A stretch of DNA of 63,996 nt, filler included, from Nanobdellati archaeon (GTDB lineage Archaea; Nanobdellota; Nanobdellia; Woesearchaeales; JAADFO01): NCBI GenBank assembly GCA_013152815.1. It is 4 parts of 4 records of this genome, joined end to end, with 100 filler letters (N's around TTAATTAATTAA, not from the genome) between each part and the next. Parts side by side here need not be neighbours in the genome. Positions count along the whole stretch, not along the records: positions 1 to 30,397 come from JAADFO010000024.1; 3 more parts are not named here. One strand, given 5' to 3'. Numbering within the stretch: the first letter of the stretch is position 1; the number at the start of each line of letters is the position of its first letter. The position numbers and the translations under genes are program-made. Positions 9,036 through 17,996 of this stretch are shown one piece after another. The notes under the pieces are model-generated. The model had not been told where the DNA came from. It searched no databases and saw nothing but the letters and a program-made list of their open reading frames with translations.

Positions 9036-9605
9036 TCAGAACCAGGAACGCTCTTTGAGACGTCCGCCGAACAGGGAGATGAACATGTCGTAATGCTTTT
9101 TGAAGGTCTTTTTTTGCGGGATATAACACCTTTGTATCCTTTTCTCGAGCTTATGTCTCTGGATGACTTTCTTGTCGAGCAGAGCGTTGATATCATCGAT
9201 GTCCTTCTTCTTCCATCGTGCAATCTTACTGATGAGGATGTCATAGGGAGATAAGGTATACAAAGCCAGGTGTTTCATCCTATGCCGCATTCGTCGATAG
9301 CGTTTCGTGTCTTTGGAGAAATTCTTGGGTATCTGGAACTCACCGAGCCAGCGATCGTTGAGCAGATCAATGTCGAAGGGTTTGAGTCCGTCGGGTCTTG
9401 CATGTTTTAGACGACCGATGGCGTTATTGATCGCTGTCCAGTCCTTCTGTTCGACCAGGATGTCGATATCAGGGCTTGACGGTTTGATGTCCTGAAGCAT
9501 CAGATAACAGCCGCCAATGATGTAGAGGTTTATCTTCCTTTTCTCTTGGGTAAGTTCGGCATCAAGCGCCTGGAAATAGCGCAGCACATCCTTCCTGTCT
9601 GTCAT
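9036..9605 (-). CDS. Nucleotidyltransferase (DUF6036/AbiEii-like)
   Basis: YIIGGCYLML...SPDIDI...DILISKIAR...KDIDD; start at MTDRKD. Confidence 0.75.
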   Translation of the reverse strand: MTDRKDVLRYFQALDAELTQEKRKINLYIIGGCYLMLQDIKPSSPDIDILVEQKDWTAINNAIGRLKHARPDGLKPFDIDLLNDRWLGEFQIPKNFSKDTKRYRRMRHRMKHLALYTLSPYDILISKIARWKKKDIDDINALLDKKVIQRHKLEKRIQRCYIPQKKTFKKHYDMFISLFGGRLKERSWF

Positions 9606-9609
9606 GTCT

Positions 9610-10125
9610 TCATAGAATATTCGTTCCTTTAAAGGCTTTGTTGAGATGCTCAATATAATCCTCATCATGGACCGGATCGAAGATGAGCCATTTCTTCTCC
9701 AGTTCATCACGTGCTTCGAACATATCTCTCAATCGTGAGACATAACCTCCTATCAGAGGGCGCTCCTCTTCTGTCTTGGTCTCTCTTAGGTAATCGCTTA
9801 TCTCCTGCAGTGCCTTGCTGTTGGGACCGATGCCCTTCAGTTGGTCGGTCTTCTCTGCAAGGTAGCCCACCTTGCTTCCGACATCCTTTTCCAGGGCGCG
9901 AAGCATGAGCAGATACTTGTCCCAGGGGCGATAGGCCATAAGGGCCGGAAGGGTCTCTGCTTCCCTGATCTCGACGCTCTTTTCGAGAATCTCGGTGATA
10001 AGGTCTTCCACCCCTATCTCGTTCTCCATCTTGACAAGACCAGGACTGATGAGCAGTATGCCGTTCCTCTCCAACCCAGCATAGATGTCGCTCTGGCTGA
10101 TCCGACCATTATAAGGATTGTCCAT
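9610..10125 (-). CDS. Hypothetical partner protein of the nucleotidyltransferase
   Basis: Co-oriented, 4 nt upstream of the NTase; helical 171-aa ORF with TATA-like TTTAAATA upstream. Confidence 0.65.
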   Translation of the reverse strand: MDNPYNGRISQSDIYAGLERNGILLISPGLVKMENEIGVEDLITEILEKSVEIREAETLPALMAYRPWDKYLLMLRALEKDVGSKVGYLAEKTDQLKGIGPNSKALQEISDYLRETKTEEERPLIGGYVSRLRDMFEARDELEKKWLIFDPVHDEDYIEHLNKAFKGTNIL

Positions 10126-10249
10126 AGTCGTCAGGGACTTCCACATCTATTTAAATGTTACTACTCCTTGGGTGTCATTATTCTCGTGTCAACTGCATCA
10201 TCCTTTATAAACGAGTTCTGCTCTCCCCTTCCTGATGACCGCCCGGACC

Positions 10250-10885
10250 ATGAACACGATCACCGCAGCCCTTTTCCTCGCGCTTTTCCTGCTCCTCAAC
10301 GCCTTCTCCTCCCTGCTCTATGATGCGGACTTCTATCACCAGCAGTATGAGCTCAATGGCGCCTACAGGACATTCGGTCAGGAGAACGTGCTCAATGCCA
10401 CAGAGAGCCTCTTTTCCTATCTCAAAGATGAAGGACAGCTATCGGATTTCTACAACGAAAAAGAGAAGGCCCACATGGACGATGTGAAAGCCCTGATCGA
10501 CGGGGCGTCTTCACTCAGATGGATGTTCCTCGGTTTCAGTGTGCTGCTGATATTCTTCCTCTATTTCAAGGCACCTGACCAGGCCTTCCTCTCCCTTGCC
10601 CAGGTCTTCATCCTCACCGCTGTCTTCATCGTCGTCATCTTCCTGCTCGGGCTTCTGGTGTCCTCTTCTTTCCGTCCTGTCTTCCTCAGTCTCCACGAGC
10701 ATCTCTTCACCAACAATCTCTGGCAGCTGGACCCTGCCACCGACAACATGATCCATCTCTTTCCCGAATCGTTCTTCCAGGCATTCTTCTCCAAGGTCAT
10801 GCTGCATTTCTTCACCGGCGGCCTTTCCCTTGGGCTGTTAGGCGGAGGAGTGCTCTATCTTGTCAAGAAAGGGAAACTGCGATGA
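10250..10885 (+). CDS. DUF1461/TIGR01906 (Lit-like) integral membrane protein
   Basis: EKEKAHMDDVK, LHEHLFTNNLWQLDP and HLFPESFF motifs, 4 TM. Confidence 0.85.
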   Translation: MNTITAALFLALFLLLNAFSSLLYDADFYHQQYELNGAYRTFGQENVLNATESLFSYLKDEGQLSDFYNEKEKAHMDDVKALIDGASSLRWMFLGFSVLLIFFLYFKAPDQAFLSLAQVFILTAVFIVVIFLLGLLVSSSFRPVFLSLHEHLFTNNLWQLDPATDNMIHLFPESFFQAFFSKVMLHFFTGGLSLGLLGGGVLYLVKKGKLR

Positions 10886-10914
10886 GGGCGCTGAGAACAT
10901 CTGTCGTCGACGGC

Positions 10915-11223
10915 CTATCTGTTCATTCTATCTTGCCGGGATGAACTGGGATAATAATGCAACCCAACACCCATGAAATATTGGCGGGTCTGATCATCCT
11001 TGAAGCTGACGAGTATCCTTTCGGCATGGCCGTTGTTCTCCATGATGACCCTTACGACCTTGTCTACGGTCACGGGCTCTTTAAGATGGTCCAGGACGAA
11101 GGGATGGCCATAGCCCTCCTTTTGGCTGACCCGGCCGTCTGCACTGAAGATACCATAAGGATAGTGTTCATTGAAGAGAAGCCTGTCTCCCTGTTTTATC
11201 TCAGCTGCAGCGTCTGGATGCAT
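10915..11223 (-). CDS. Hypothetical protein
   Basis: 102-aa ORF preceded by GGAGGT, directly downstream of the heptose operon. Confidence 0.6.
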   Translation of the reverse strand: MHPDAAAEIKQGDRLLFNEHYPYGIFSADGRVSQKEGYGHPFVLDHLKEPVTVDKVVRVIMENNGHAERILVSFKDDQTRQYFMGVGLHYYPSSSRQDRMNR

Positions 11224-11248
11224 ACCGATAGATAACCTCCTATCTTTT

Positions 11249-11722
11249 TTATGTCTTACGACCCTCTCTGAGACGTCTCAGCATGTCGGTGGTCGAATAG
11301 TCGCCGATACGTCCGATGAGATGCAATGATGCTCCCAGTTCCTTGAGCACAGGGGCCTCGACACAATCCTTTCCGTACTCTTCGCCGTTGCAGTGCACCT
11401 CTGGCTTCACTGCCCTGAGAAAGGCAAGCGGCGTCTCCTCTTCGAAGACCACGACATAGTCGACAGGTCTGAGCGCATCGAGCACCTCTGCCCGTGCGTC
11501 CTGGGAGTTGATCGGCCGGTCCTCTGCCTTGTAGCGTCTGATCGAATCATCTGCATTGAGCCCGACGACGAGGACGTCTCCCTGCGCCTTCGCTTCCTGG
11601 AGGAACCTGACATGGCCAAGATGCAGGATGTCGAAGGCACCGTTGCAGGTGACGATACGTTTGCCTTTCTGGCGCAGCTCTTCTGCGATCTGTCCCATCG
11701 TCTCAAGATCTTTTATTATCAT
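11249..11722 (-). CDS. hldC: D-glycero-beta-D-manno-heptose 1-phosphate adenylyltransferase (RfaE domain II/HldC)
   Basis: CNGAFDILHLGH, VVGLNADDSIRRYK...RPIN, YSTT; true start MIIKDLE at 11722. Confidence 0.92.
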   Translation of the reverse strand: MIIKDLETMGQIAEELRQKGKRIVTCNGAFDILHLGHVRFLQEAKAQGDVLVVGLNADDSIRRYKAEDRPINSQDARAEVLDALRPVDYVVVFEEETPLAFLRAVKPEVHCNGEEYGKDCVEAPVLKELGASLHLIGRIGDYSTTDMLRRLREGRKT

Positions 11723-12254
11723 CGAGCACCCACCCCGTCGCTTCCCCAAGATCTTTGGCGACAAAATCCACAGACATCTCTTTCCCGAACCTATCAAACT
11801 CTTCTTTTCCATGGCCGGTGAGCAGGAACACCGACCGTATCCCTGCATTCCGGGCAAGCAGCATGTCGCTCCTGTGGTCTCCGAACATATAGGAACCGGC
11901 AAGATCGATACTGAAATCTTTGGCTGCCTCAAACACATACCGCGGTGACGGTTTTCTGCAGTCACAACCCTCCTCGGGATGGTGAGGGCAGAAGTATACC
12001 TTCTCGATCCTGATGCCTTCCTGCTTGAGGACCGACAGGAGATGGTCGTTGAACCGGTGCATCTCTTTCTCGCTGAAGATGCCTCTGCCGATGCCGGACT
12101 GGTTGGTGATGATGAAGAACAGGTAGCCGGCATCACGCAGCTTCTGCAGCCCTTCGATGACGCCGGGCAGCAGCCTGAAGTCCTCGATGCGGTGTGCATA
12201 CATGGTCTCCTCGTTGAGGGTACCGTCCCGGTCGAGGAAGATCGCCCTAGGCAT
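11703..12254 (-). CDS. gmhB: Heptose 1,7-bisphosphate phosphatase
   Basis: FLDRDGT, TNQSGIGRG, CPHHPEEGCDCRKP. Confidence 0.93.
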   Translation of the reverse strand: MPRAIFLDRDGTLNEETMYAHRIEDFRLLPGVIEGLQKLRDAGYLFFIITNQSGIGRGIFSEKEMHRFNDHLLSVLKQEGIRIEKVYFCPHHPEEGCDCRKPSPRYVFEAAKDFSIDLAGSYMFGDHRSDMLLARNAGIRSVFLLTGHGKEEFDRFGKEMSVDFVAKDLGEATGWVLDDNKRS

Positions 12255-13218
12255 GCTCGAGCGACCTCCTGAGCTCCTCAAGGGTAACGGTTGCTGTCCC
12301 TATCTTTCCGACCACGATCCCCGCAGCATAGTTGGCGATCTCTGCCGCTTCTTCCAATGAGGCCCCCACGGCAAGGGAGAGGGCCAGCATCGCTATGACC
12401 GTATCCCCTGCACCGGTCACATCATAGACCTCTCTTGCCTTCGTCGATATGTGGATGATCTGACCATCTTTCTTGAAGAGGGACATCCCTTTGTCTCCCC
12501 GGGTGATAAGGATGTTCGCGTCCATCTCCTTCATGAGCATCTTTCCGACGCCAAGGAGGGTATGTGCGTTGTCCAATGGCACTCCCGCCATGCTGCAGGC
12601 TTCCTTATGGTTCGGCGTGACGAGTGTCGCTCCGCCATAGAACTTCTGATGGCGGGGTTTAGGGTCGACGATGAGCGGGATGCCTCTCTTCCTGGTCCCG
12701 GAGATGATGTGTCTCATGAACGTCCCGCTGATGACACCCTTGGCATAGTCAGACACCACCACCGCATCAAGGTTCCTGACAAGCCGGTCGAAGATCTTCT
12801 TCATCCTCTGCTCGTCTCTTTTGGAGAGATATTCTGCTTTCTCATAGTCTATCCTCAGCAGCTGCTGGTTCTGGCTGAGTATCCTGATCTTCTGGACCGT
12901 CGGTTTCTTTGCATCAAGAAGGATATGCTTGGTGGATACTTTCCTGTGTTCCAGAAGTGCATTCAGGGTATCCCGTGATCGATCCTTTCCCATGATGCCC
13001 ATGAGTGAGGCGTGGCGGGTGAGCCCTCCGAGGTTGGCTGCCACGTTGGCTGCTCCTCCCGGCGCATAGGTCTCTTTCTGGACATTGACGATCTGGACCG
13101 GCGCTTCGGGACTGATACGTGAGACCTCGCCCCAGATGAACTTGTCCAGCATCACATCGCCGATCACCAGGATGCGGGCATCCTTGAACCTGTTGAGATG
13201 GGAGATGTACTGGTTCAT
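12247..13218 (-). CDS. hldA: Heptose 7-phosphate kinase (RfaE domain I/HldA)
   Basis: IGDVMLD...RISPEAPV, SDYAKG, DVTGAGDT; start MNQYISH at 13218. Confidence 0.93.
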   Translation of the reverse strand: MNQYISHLNRFKDARILVIGDVMLDKFIWGEVSRISPEAPVQIVNVQKETYAPGGAANVAANLGGLTRHASLMGIMGKDRSRDTLNALLEHRKVSTKHILLDAKKPTVQKIRILSQNQQLLRIDYEKAEYLSKRDEQRMKKIFDRLVRNLDAVVVSDYAKGVISGTFMRHIISGTRKRGIPLIVDPKPRHQKFYGGATLVTPNHKEACSMAGVPLDNAHTLLGVGKMLMKEMDANILITRGDKGMSLFKKDGQIIHISTKAREVYDVTGAGDTVIAMLALSLAVGASLEEAAEIANYAAGIVVGKIGTATVTLEELRRSLEHA

Positions 13219-13793
13219 GCCATCGCCTCCTCGATCAACCTGCAGAGGATATGGATGATCAGGAGATGGCCTTCCTGTATCCGGGGAGTCGCATCCAGCG
13301 GGACGATCATCTCTTTCTCTGCGAGTCCTTTCGCCTTTCCTCCGTCCCTGCCAAGGAGCGCGATGGTGGTCATGCCCTGCTCCTTCGCCTTCTGCAGAGC
13401 CCGGACGATATTGGATGAATCTCCCGAGGTGCTGATGCCCAGGAAGACATCCTCTGCTTTCCCGAGGGCTTCGACCTGGCGCTCGAAGACCTGTTCGAAG
13501 GAATAGTCGTTGCTCCATGCCGTCAGCACGGCCGTGTCGGTACTCAGGGAGATGGCCGGGATGCCCTTCCTTTCCTGAAGATAGCGGCCCACCAGTTCGC
13601 CTGCCATGTGGCTCGCCTGGGATGCAGACCCTCCGTTCCCGGCGATGAGGATCTTTCCACCGTCTCTGAGACAGGCGATGATGGCCTGCGCCGCCTCTGC
13701 GATCAGGGGAGCCATCCCGGTCAGCCGTCCCCTGCTGTCTGCACTCTCTTTGAGCTCTTGTCGGATTTCTGTTATCATCAGTGTCACCTTCAT
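13215..13793 (-). CDS. gmhA: Phosphoheptose isomerase (SIS domain)
   Basis: GNGGSA, TAWSNDY, ISTSG, RIQEGH. Confidence 0.95.
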   Translation of the reverse strand: MKVTLMITEIRQELKESADSRGRLTGMAPLIAEAAQAIIACLRDGGKILIAGNGGSASQASHMAGELVGRYLQERKGIPAISLSTDTAVLTAWSNDYSFEQVFERQVEALGKAEDVFLGISTSGDSSNIVRALQKAKEQGMTTIALLGRDGGKAKGLAEKEMIVPLDATPRIQEGHLLIIHILCRLIEEAMA

Positions 13794-13909
13794 ACTTTTT
13801 CATACTTTCTGCTTTCTCCTCTTAATGGCGTGGCTAATATTTATATCTTTCCCTCTGCACTTCCCGAATCTGAAACCAAAACATATAAAAGTATGATATC
13901 TTCATACTT
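13790..13909. promoter_or_regulatory. Divergent promoter region with four TCATACTT/AAGTATGA operator-like sites
   Basis: TCATACTT at 13790-13797 and 13800-13807; perfect palindrome AAGTATGA-N5-TCATACTT at 13889-13909; TATA-like elements near 13839 and 13883. Confidence 0.7.
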
Positions 13910-13912
13910 CTC

Positions 13913-14680
13913 ATGAAAGATAAGGTTGCCATCTCCATCGATCCTGACCTGCTCGCCGAGATAGACCTCTTCGCCAAAAGGAAGCTGAACGGCTCGAGGA
14001 GCCAGGCCATCACCTATTTCGTCAGGAAAGGGATGGAACAGCGACAGATCGATACGGCCATCCTGCTCTTCCACAAGAAACATCTTCCTTTGGCCTGCAA
14101 ACTGGTGAGCAGGGACAGCCAGGAGCCGAAGGAGACCCTGCTTTCCCTTCATCTGACCCATCTCAAGGAGAACGGCATAGTAAAGGTGTTCATCGTCACC
14201 GGCGAATCGGCCATGGTCGAGGAACTCGCTTCCATCATACAGGGCCAGGACCTTCCGGTGAGGATCATCCAGAAGGATGAACCCGGCAACGCACAGGCAC
14301 TCCTCACTGTCCGAGACCGCATCGACACCGATTTCCTCGTGCTGTCCGGTGATATCCTCTTCTCCGGAAGGCTCGGCCAGATGTTCTCGTCCCATCTCAA
14401 CAGGCACCGGGTCGCGACCATAGGCATGATGACCCGGGAGCATCCCGGGACCTACGGCGTCTGCAGCCTGGACGGCGACCTCATCACCTCCTTCATCGAG
14501 AAGCCCAGGGCGAGCCAGAGCCATGTCGTCAATGCGGGCATCTATGTCTTCTCACCAAAGATCTTCAATTTCATAGAACAGAAGGACCATTCCATCGAGA
14601 AGCATCTTCTCCCACGACTTGCCTCTTTGGGGCTGCTCTACGGCTATTTCCTCTCGGGGAACTATCAACATATCCGATGA
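13913..14680 (+). CDS. Ribbon-helix-helix domain fused to a degenerate sugar-phosphate nucleotidyltransferase domain
   Basis: N-term KVAISIDPDLLAEID...SRSQAI (CopG/NikR RHH); C-term FLVLSGDIL, YGV, FIEKP, VNAGIYVF; the GGxGTR loop is replaced by FHKKHLP. Confidence 0.85.
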   Translation: MKDKVAISIDPDLLAEIDLFAKRKLNGSRSQAITYFVRKGMEQRQIDTAILLFHKKHLPLACKLVSRDSQEPKETLLSLHLTHLKENGIVKVFIVTGESAMVEELASIIQGQDLPVRIIQKDEPGNAQALLTVRDRIDTDFLVLSGDILFSGRLGQMFSSHLNRHRVATIGMMTREHPGTYGVCSLDGDLITSFIEKPRASQSHVVNAGIYVFSPKIFNFIEQKDHSIEKHLLPRLASLGLLYGYFLSGNYQHIR

Positions 14681-14695
14681 TCCATGACCTGCATA

Positions 14696-15847
14696 TCAGC
14701 TGTTCTTCTTCCTGAGCAGCTGCTCCGCGGCCCTGAATACCTCGTCCACAGAGATGGCCTTCATGCACTTCTGGTAGTCTGGGATGTTCTTCGCAAAAAG
14801 ACAGTCAGGGACCTTTCCCTCATGTACATTGATGCAGGGTGAGAATCCGCAGCTTTCTGGCCTATAGAACATCACCTTGTTGTTGCCCATCGGCCTGAAA
14901 CGCACCGGCGTGTTGGGCCCGAACAGCCCGATGGTGGGGATGCCCTGGGCGGCTGCGATGTGCATGGGCCCGGAATCGTTGGAGATCATGAGGCTGCTTC
15001 GCTCGACAAAGGCAAACAAGGTACGCAGGTCCATGGATCCCGACAGGTCGACGACCCTGTTCCCGAACGGTCCGGCGATGGCTGCGACCGCTTCTTTGTC
15101 GTCGGGTCCGCCGATGAACACGACGGGATATCTCTTCAGGCCGAGCAGGCGTTCGGTCAGCTTCTGGAAACGTCCCTTCGGCCACATCCTCGACTTGGAC
15201 GACTCTGCCACGCTCGGGGCCAGGACGATGATCCTCTTTCCGGTAAGCCGATGGCGATCAATCATCTCTTCTGCCTGCTCGGTATCTTTCGGAGAATACT
15301 TCAGCCGTTCCAACTCCCTGATCTTCGGGATCCTGTGGAAGGTCCTGACCAGGTCGAGGAAGGTCTCGGCGCAATGCTGTTCTGCATCATAAGGTATCGC
15401 CTTGTCGTAGAGCCGTCCTCTCCTGTGTGTCGCAAAGCCGAGGCTGCTCTTCCCTGCGATAAAGGCAATAAGGGTCGCGATGTTCAGATATTCCTCGAAG
15501 TCGATGGCAAGGTCATAGCTCCTGCGCTGCTTCCGTAGGAACCGCACCACGCCACCCAGAGAAGGTTCGATGACCAGGATGTTGTTGAGCGAAGGGTTCT
15601 GGAAGAAGACCTCCTTGTTTCTATCCGTGCAGAGCATGCTTATGCTCGCGTTGGGGAAGAGCGCCCGCAACGCCTTGAGCGCCGGCAGGACAAGGATGGT
15701 CTCGCCGATGCCCCATAGCTGGATGAGAAGGATGGTCTTGGGATTGCGGTCAAGCGGTCTTTTTCGGGACAGAGAGAAAAAAGGGAAAAGCAACTTTCCC
15801 AGCAGCGTATCGGCCTTCTTCGTCTTCGCGATGTCCATGCTTTTCAC
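14696..15847 (-). CDS. GT9 heptosyltransferase-like glycosyltransferase (WaaC/WaaF family)
   Basis: IQLWGIGETIL, SNDSGPMHIAAA...GLFGP, CSPC-like motif and CMKAIS end. Confidence 0.92.
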   Translation of the reverse strand: MKSMDIAKTKKADTLLGKLLFPFFSLSRKRPLDRNPKTILLIQLWGIGETILVLPALKALRALFPNASISMLCTDRNKEVFFQNPSLNNILVIEPSLGGVVRFLRKQRRSYDLAIDFEEYLNIATLIAFIAGKSSLGFATHRRGRLYDKAIPYDAEQHCAETFLDLVRTFHRIPKIRELERLKYSPKDTEQAEEMIDRHRLTGKRIIVLAPSVAESSKSRMWPKGRFQKLTERLLGLKRYPVVFIGGPDDKEAVAAIAGPFGNRVVDLSGSMDLRTLFAFVERSSLMISNDSGPMHIAAAQGIPTIGLFGPNTPVRFRPMGNNKVMFYRPESCGFSPCINVHEGKVPDCLFAKNIPDYQKCMKAISVDEVFRAAEQLLRKKNS

Positions 15848-15981
15848 CTGGTGAACAAAGGCCGACTTCTTATTTAAAGCTTACTTGTTCTCCTGTCTGC
15901 GAACCGTATCCCTCCTGCACCGGTCTTCTCACCCGGTCTTCCTTCCAAACATTTATATCTTCTTCTGCGTTCGCTTCTCCC

Positions 15982-16818
15982 ATGGCAGAACGACGGCTGG
16001 AGGGTCTGCTCTCGACCATACATCTCCATAACAACAACCCTTCTGGTGACGAGATACTCTATGGGGACGCAGTCTCTGATTTCTTCGACAACACAGACAA
16101 TCTCCTCCTGCTGGAGAAAGACGTGAAGAAAGCGGGATCAGAAAGGGCTAAAGACGATAAAAACATCTATGCAGTCTTTGATGGCCGTGTGGTTGTCGTG
16201 GGAATGTACAAAGACTCCCCCGATACGGTCATCCACCTTGAAGCAGAGCACTATGCCTCACCCCGCGAGCTGGCTAATATGCTCCATACGACACTTCGGA
16301 TCTCAGGCAAAGACGTTGACGAGGGGTTTTTGCACAGAAAAGAGATGGATTTCTACTCCGCACTTCCCAGGGACGAGCAGGAAAGCGCCCTTTTCTCTCT
16401 GGCTGATTGGAAGGTCATCGATATCGACTATGACCGTGGTCGCATCACTGAGAATTCAATACTCTGTCCGATCATCTATGCGCTGACCAGAACAGTCACC
16501 GCACCCACCACCCTCTATCTGGTCACCGAAGGATACCATGATGTGAAGAGCAGCATGGTCTATCGTGCCGATGCTCTTCATCCCGGGGAGAACGCCCTCA
16601 TCAGTGAAGCGCAGATGATCACCGATACGGTGATGGACTATGAGCATATCCTTCAGGGGGACGACCGGTCGGCGGTCATCATCGTCCCGGGCATCTCCTG
16701 CATCGCCAGCAACTGTGCCCAGACCCGCTATGCAGAATTTCTTTCCCTCGATGGACGGGAACGGGCATATCTCTGGGAACGCCTATCACTCGAACATTCT
16801 TCCAAAGGATTTAAATAG
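15982..16818 (+). CDS. Hypothetical protein
   Basis: 278-aa ORF with TTTATAT about 30 nt upstream; no recognisable motif. Confidence 0.6.
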   Translation: MAERRLEGLLSTIHLHNNNPSGDEILYGDAVSDFFDNTDNLLLLEKDVKKAGSERAKDDKNIYAVFDGRVVVVGMYKDSPDTVIHLEAEHYASPRELANMLHTTLRISGKDVDEGFLHRKEMDFYSALPRDEQESALFSLADWKVIDIDYDRGRITENSILCPIIYALTRTVTAPTTLYLVTEGYHDVKSSMVYRADALHPGENALISEAQMITDTVMDYEHILQGDDRSAVIIVPGISCIASNCAQTRYAEFLSLDGRERAYLWERLSLEHSSKGFK

Positions 16819-16837
16819 CGAGACCCTCCTGCCTTGG

Positions 16838-17626
16838 ATGATGGAACAGCATCTGTTCTGGAAACGATCCCTCCTCATCTCTTCTCTCCTCCTTCTCTTA
16901 GCCGTGTCTCTCCCTCTGGCTGTCAGCGGTCAGCGAATCAGCGATTATGTCGTCGACCAGGCCGGTATCTTCTCTGCTAAGACAAGGGAACAGGCGACAT
17001 CATTCCTCCGGCAGCTCGAGCAGGATACCTCTGTCCAGATGGTCATCTACACGACAAAGTCCATCCCAGCCGACTATGATCTGGAATCCTACACTCTCAA
17101 GATAGCCGAAGAGAACGGCATCGGCCAGAAAGGGAATGACAACGGCATCCTCTTCTTTCTCGCGACCGAAGACCGGAAGTATCGTTGGGAGGTCGGCTAC
17201 GGTCTCGAGGACGTGCTCAATACTCCGCTTCTCGGTCGGGTAAGCCGGGTCTACCTGGTTCCTGCCTTCAAAGCGGGGAACTTTGCCCAGGGGACCCTTG
17301 ACGGTGTGGAAGTCGTGTCACGGATACTTCGCAATTCCACCGATGAGGACATCATGCGGCTCAAGGAGCCTCTTGTCTCCCGGCCTGTCCCGTCGATGAG
17401 GATCATCTTCATCCTCCTCGTCATGATGTTCTTCCTCCTGCTTCCCCTGTTCATGAAAGGCAGGAAAGGCCGCCTTTCTGATGCTCATTATTATGGTGCC
17501 GGTTGGCTGCTCTTTTCCGGCGGTTTCGGAAGAGGCTTGGGCGGTTTCGGCGGTTCTGGCGGTTTCGGTGGCTTCTCTGGCGGTGGTGGAGGTTTTGGTG
17601 GAGGCGGGTTCTCCGGAGGTTTTTGA
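16838..17626 (+). CDS. TPM-domain (YgcG-like) membrane protein
   Basis: YVVDQAGIFS, GIGQKGNDNGILF, EVGYGLE, Gly-rich tail GGGGGFGGGG. Confidence 0.92.
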   Translation: MMEQHLFWKRSLLISSLLLLLAVSLPLAVSGQRISDYVVDQAGIFSAKTREQATSFLRQLEQDTSVQMVIYTTKSIPADYDLESYTLKIAEENGIGQKGNDNGILFFLATEDRKYRWEVGYGLEDVLNTPLLGRVSRVYLVPAFKAGNFAQGTLDGVEVVSRILRNSTDEDIMRLKEPLVSRPVPSMRIIFILLVMMFFLLLPLFMKGRKGRLSDAHYYGAGWLLFSGGFGRGLGGFGGSGGFGGFSGGGGGFGGGGFSGGF

Positions 17627-17627
17627 G

Positions 17628-17996
17628 ATGGGACTCTTCAAAAGAAAGACAAAGAAAGAGACAGAGAAAGATGATGCCTCTTTTCAGCAGGCCGCGCTCC
17701 GTTGCCCGCGCGACCATAAGATAATGGACAAGCTCAAGCATCCTTCAGGAGCGATCCTCGACATCTGTCCGTCCTGCGGCGGCATGTGGCTTGACCGTGA
17801 CGAGGTCCTGGTACTGTTCAACGCCAAGCCCTCTTCAGGGAAAGGAAAGTCTTCCCGACAGAAAAGCCCCGGACAGAAAACAATAAAGAAAGGAAGCGTC
17901 TCTCCATCAGGGGACAAGAGGTCAAAAGACAAGAGGTCCGGGAACAAGGGCGCCCTGAAGAAAAGCAGGGCGAAGAAAGGTGATAATCATGGGTAA
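17628..17996 (+). CDS. zf-TFIIB zinc-ribbon protein with Lys-rich tail
   Basis: CPRD...LDICPSCGGMWLDRDE. Confidence 0.8.
   Translation: MGLFKRKTKKETEKDDASFQQAALRCPRDHKIMDKLKHPSGAILDICPSCGGMWLDRDEVLVLFNAKPSSGKGKSSRQKSPGQKTIKKGSVSPSGDKRSKDKRSGNKGALKKSRAKKGDNHG

Noticed and set aside
12247..13803. Long N-terminal extensions in the ORF track (hldA 518 aa, hldC 316 aa, wHTH 35727..36812)
   Set aside because: Extensions overlap neighbouring real genes in other frames; true starts are internal
17515..17626. GGC/GGT-rich low-complexity repeat
   Set aside because: Normal Gly-rich tail of TPM-domain proteins
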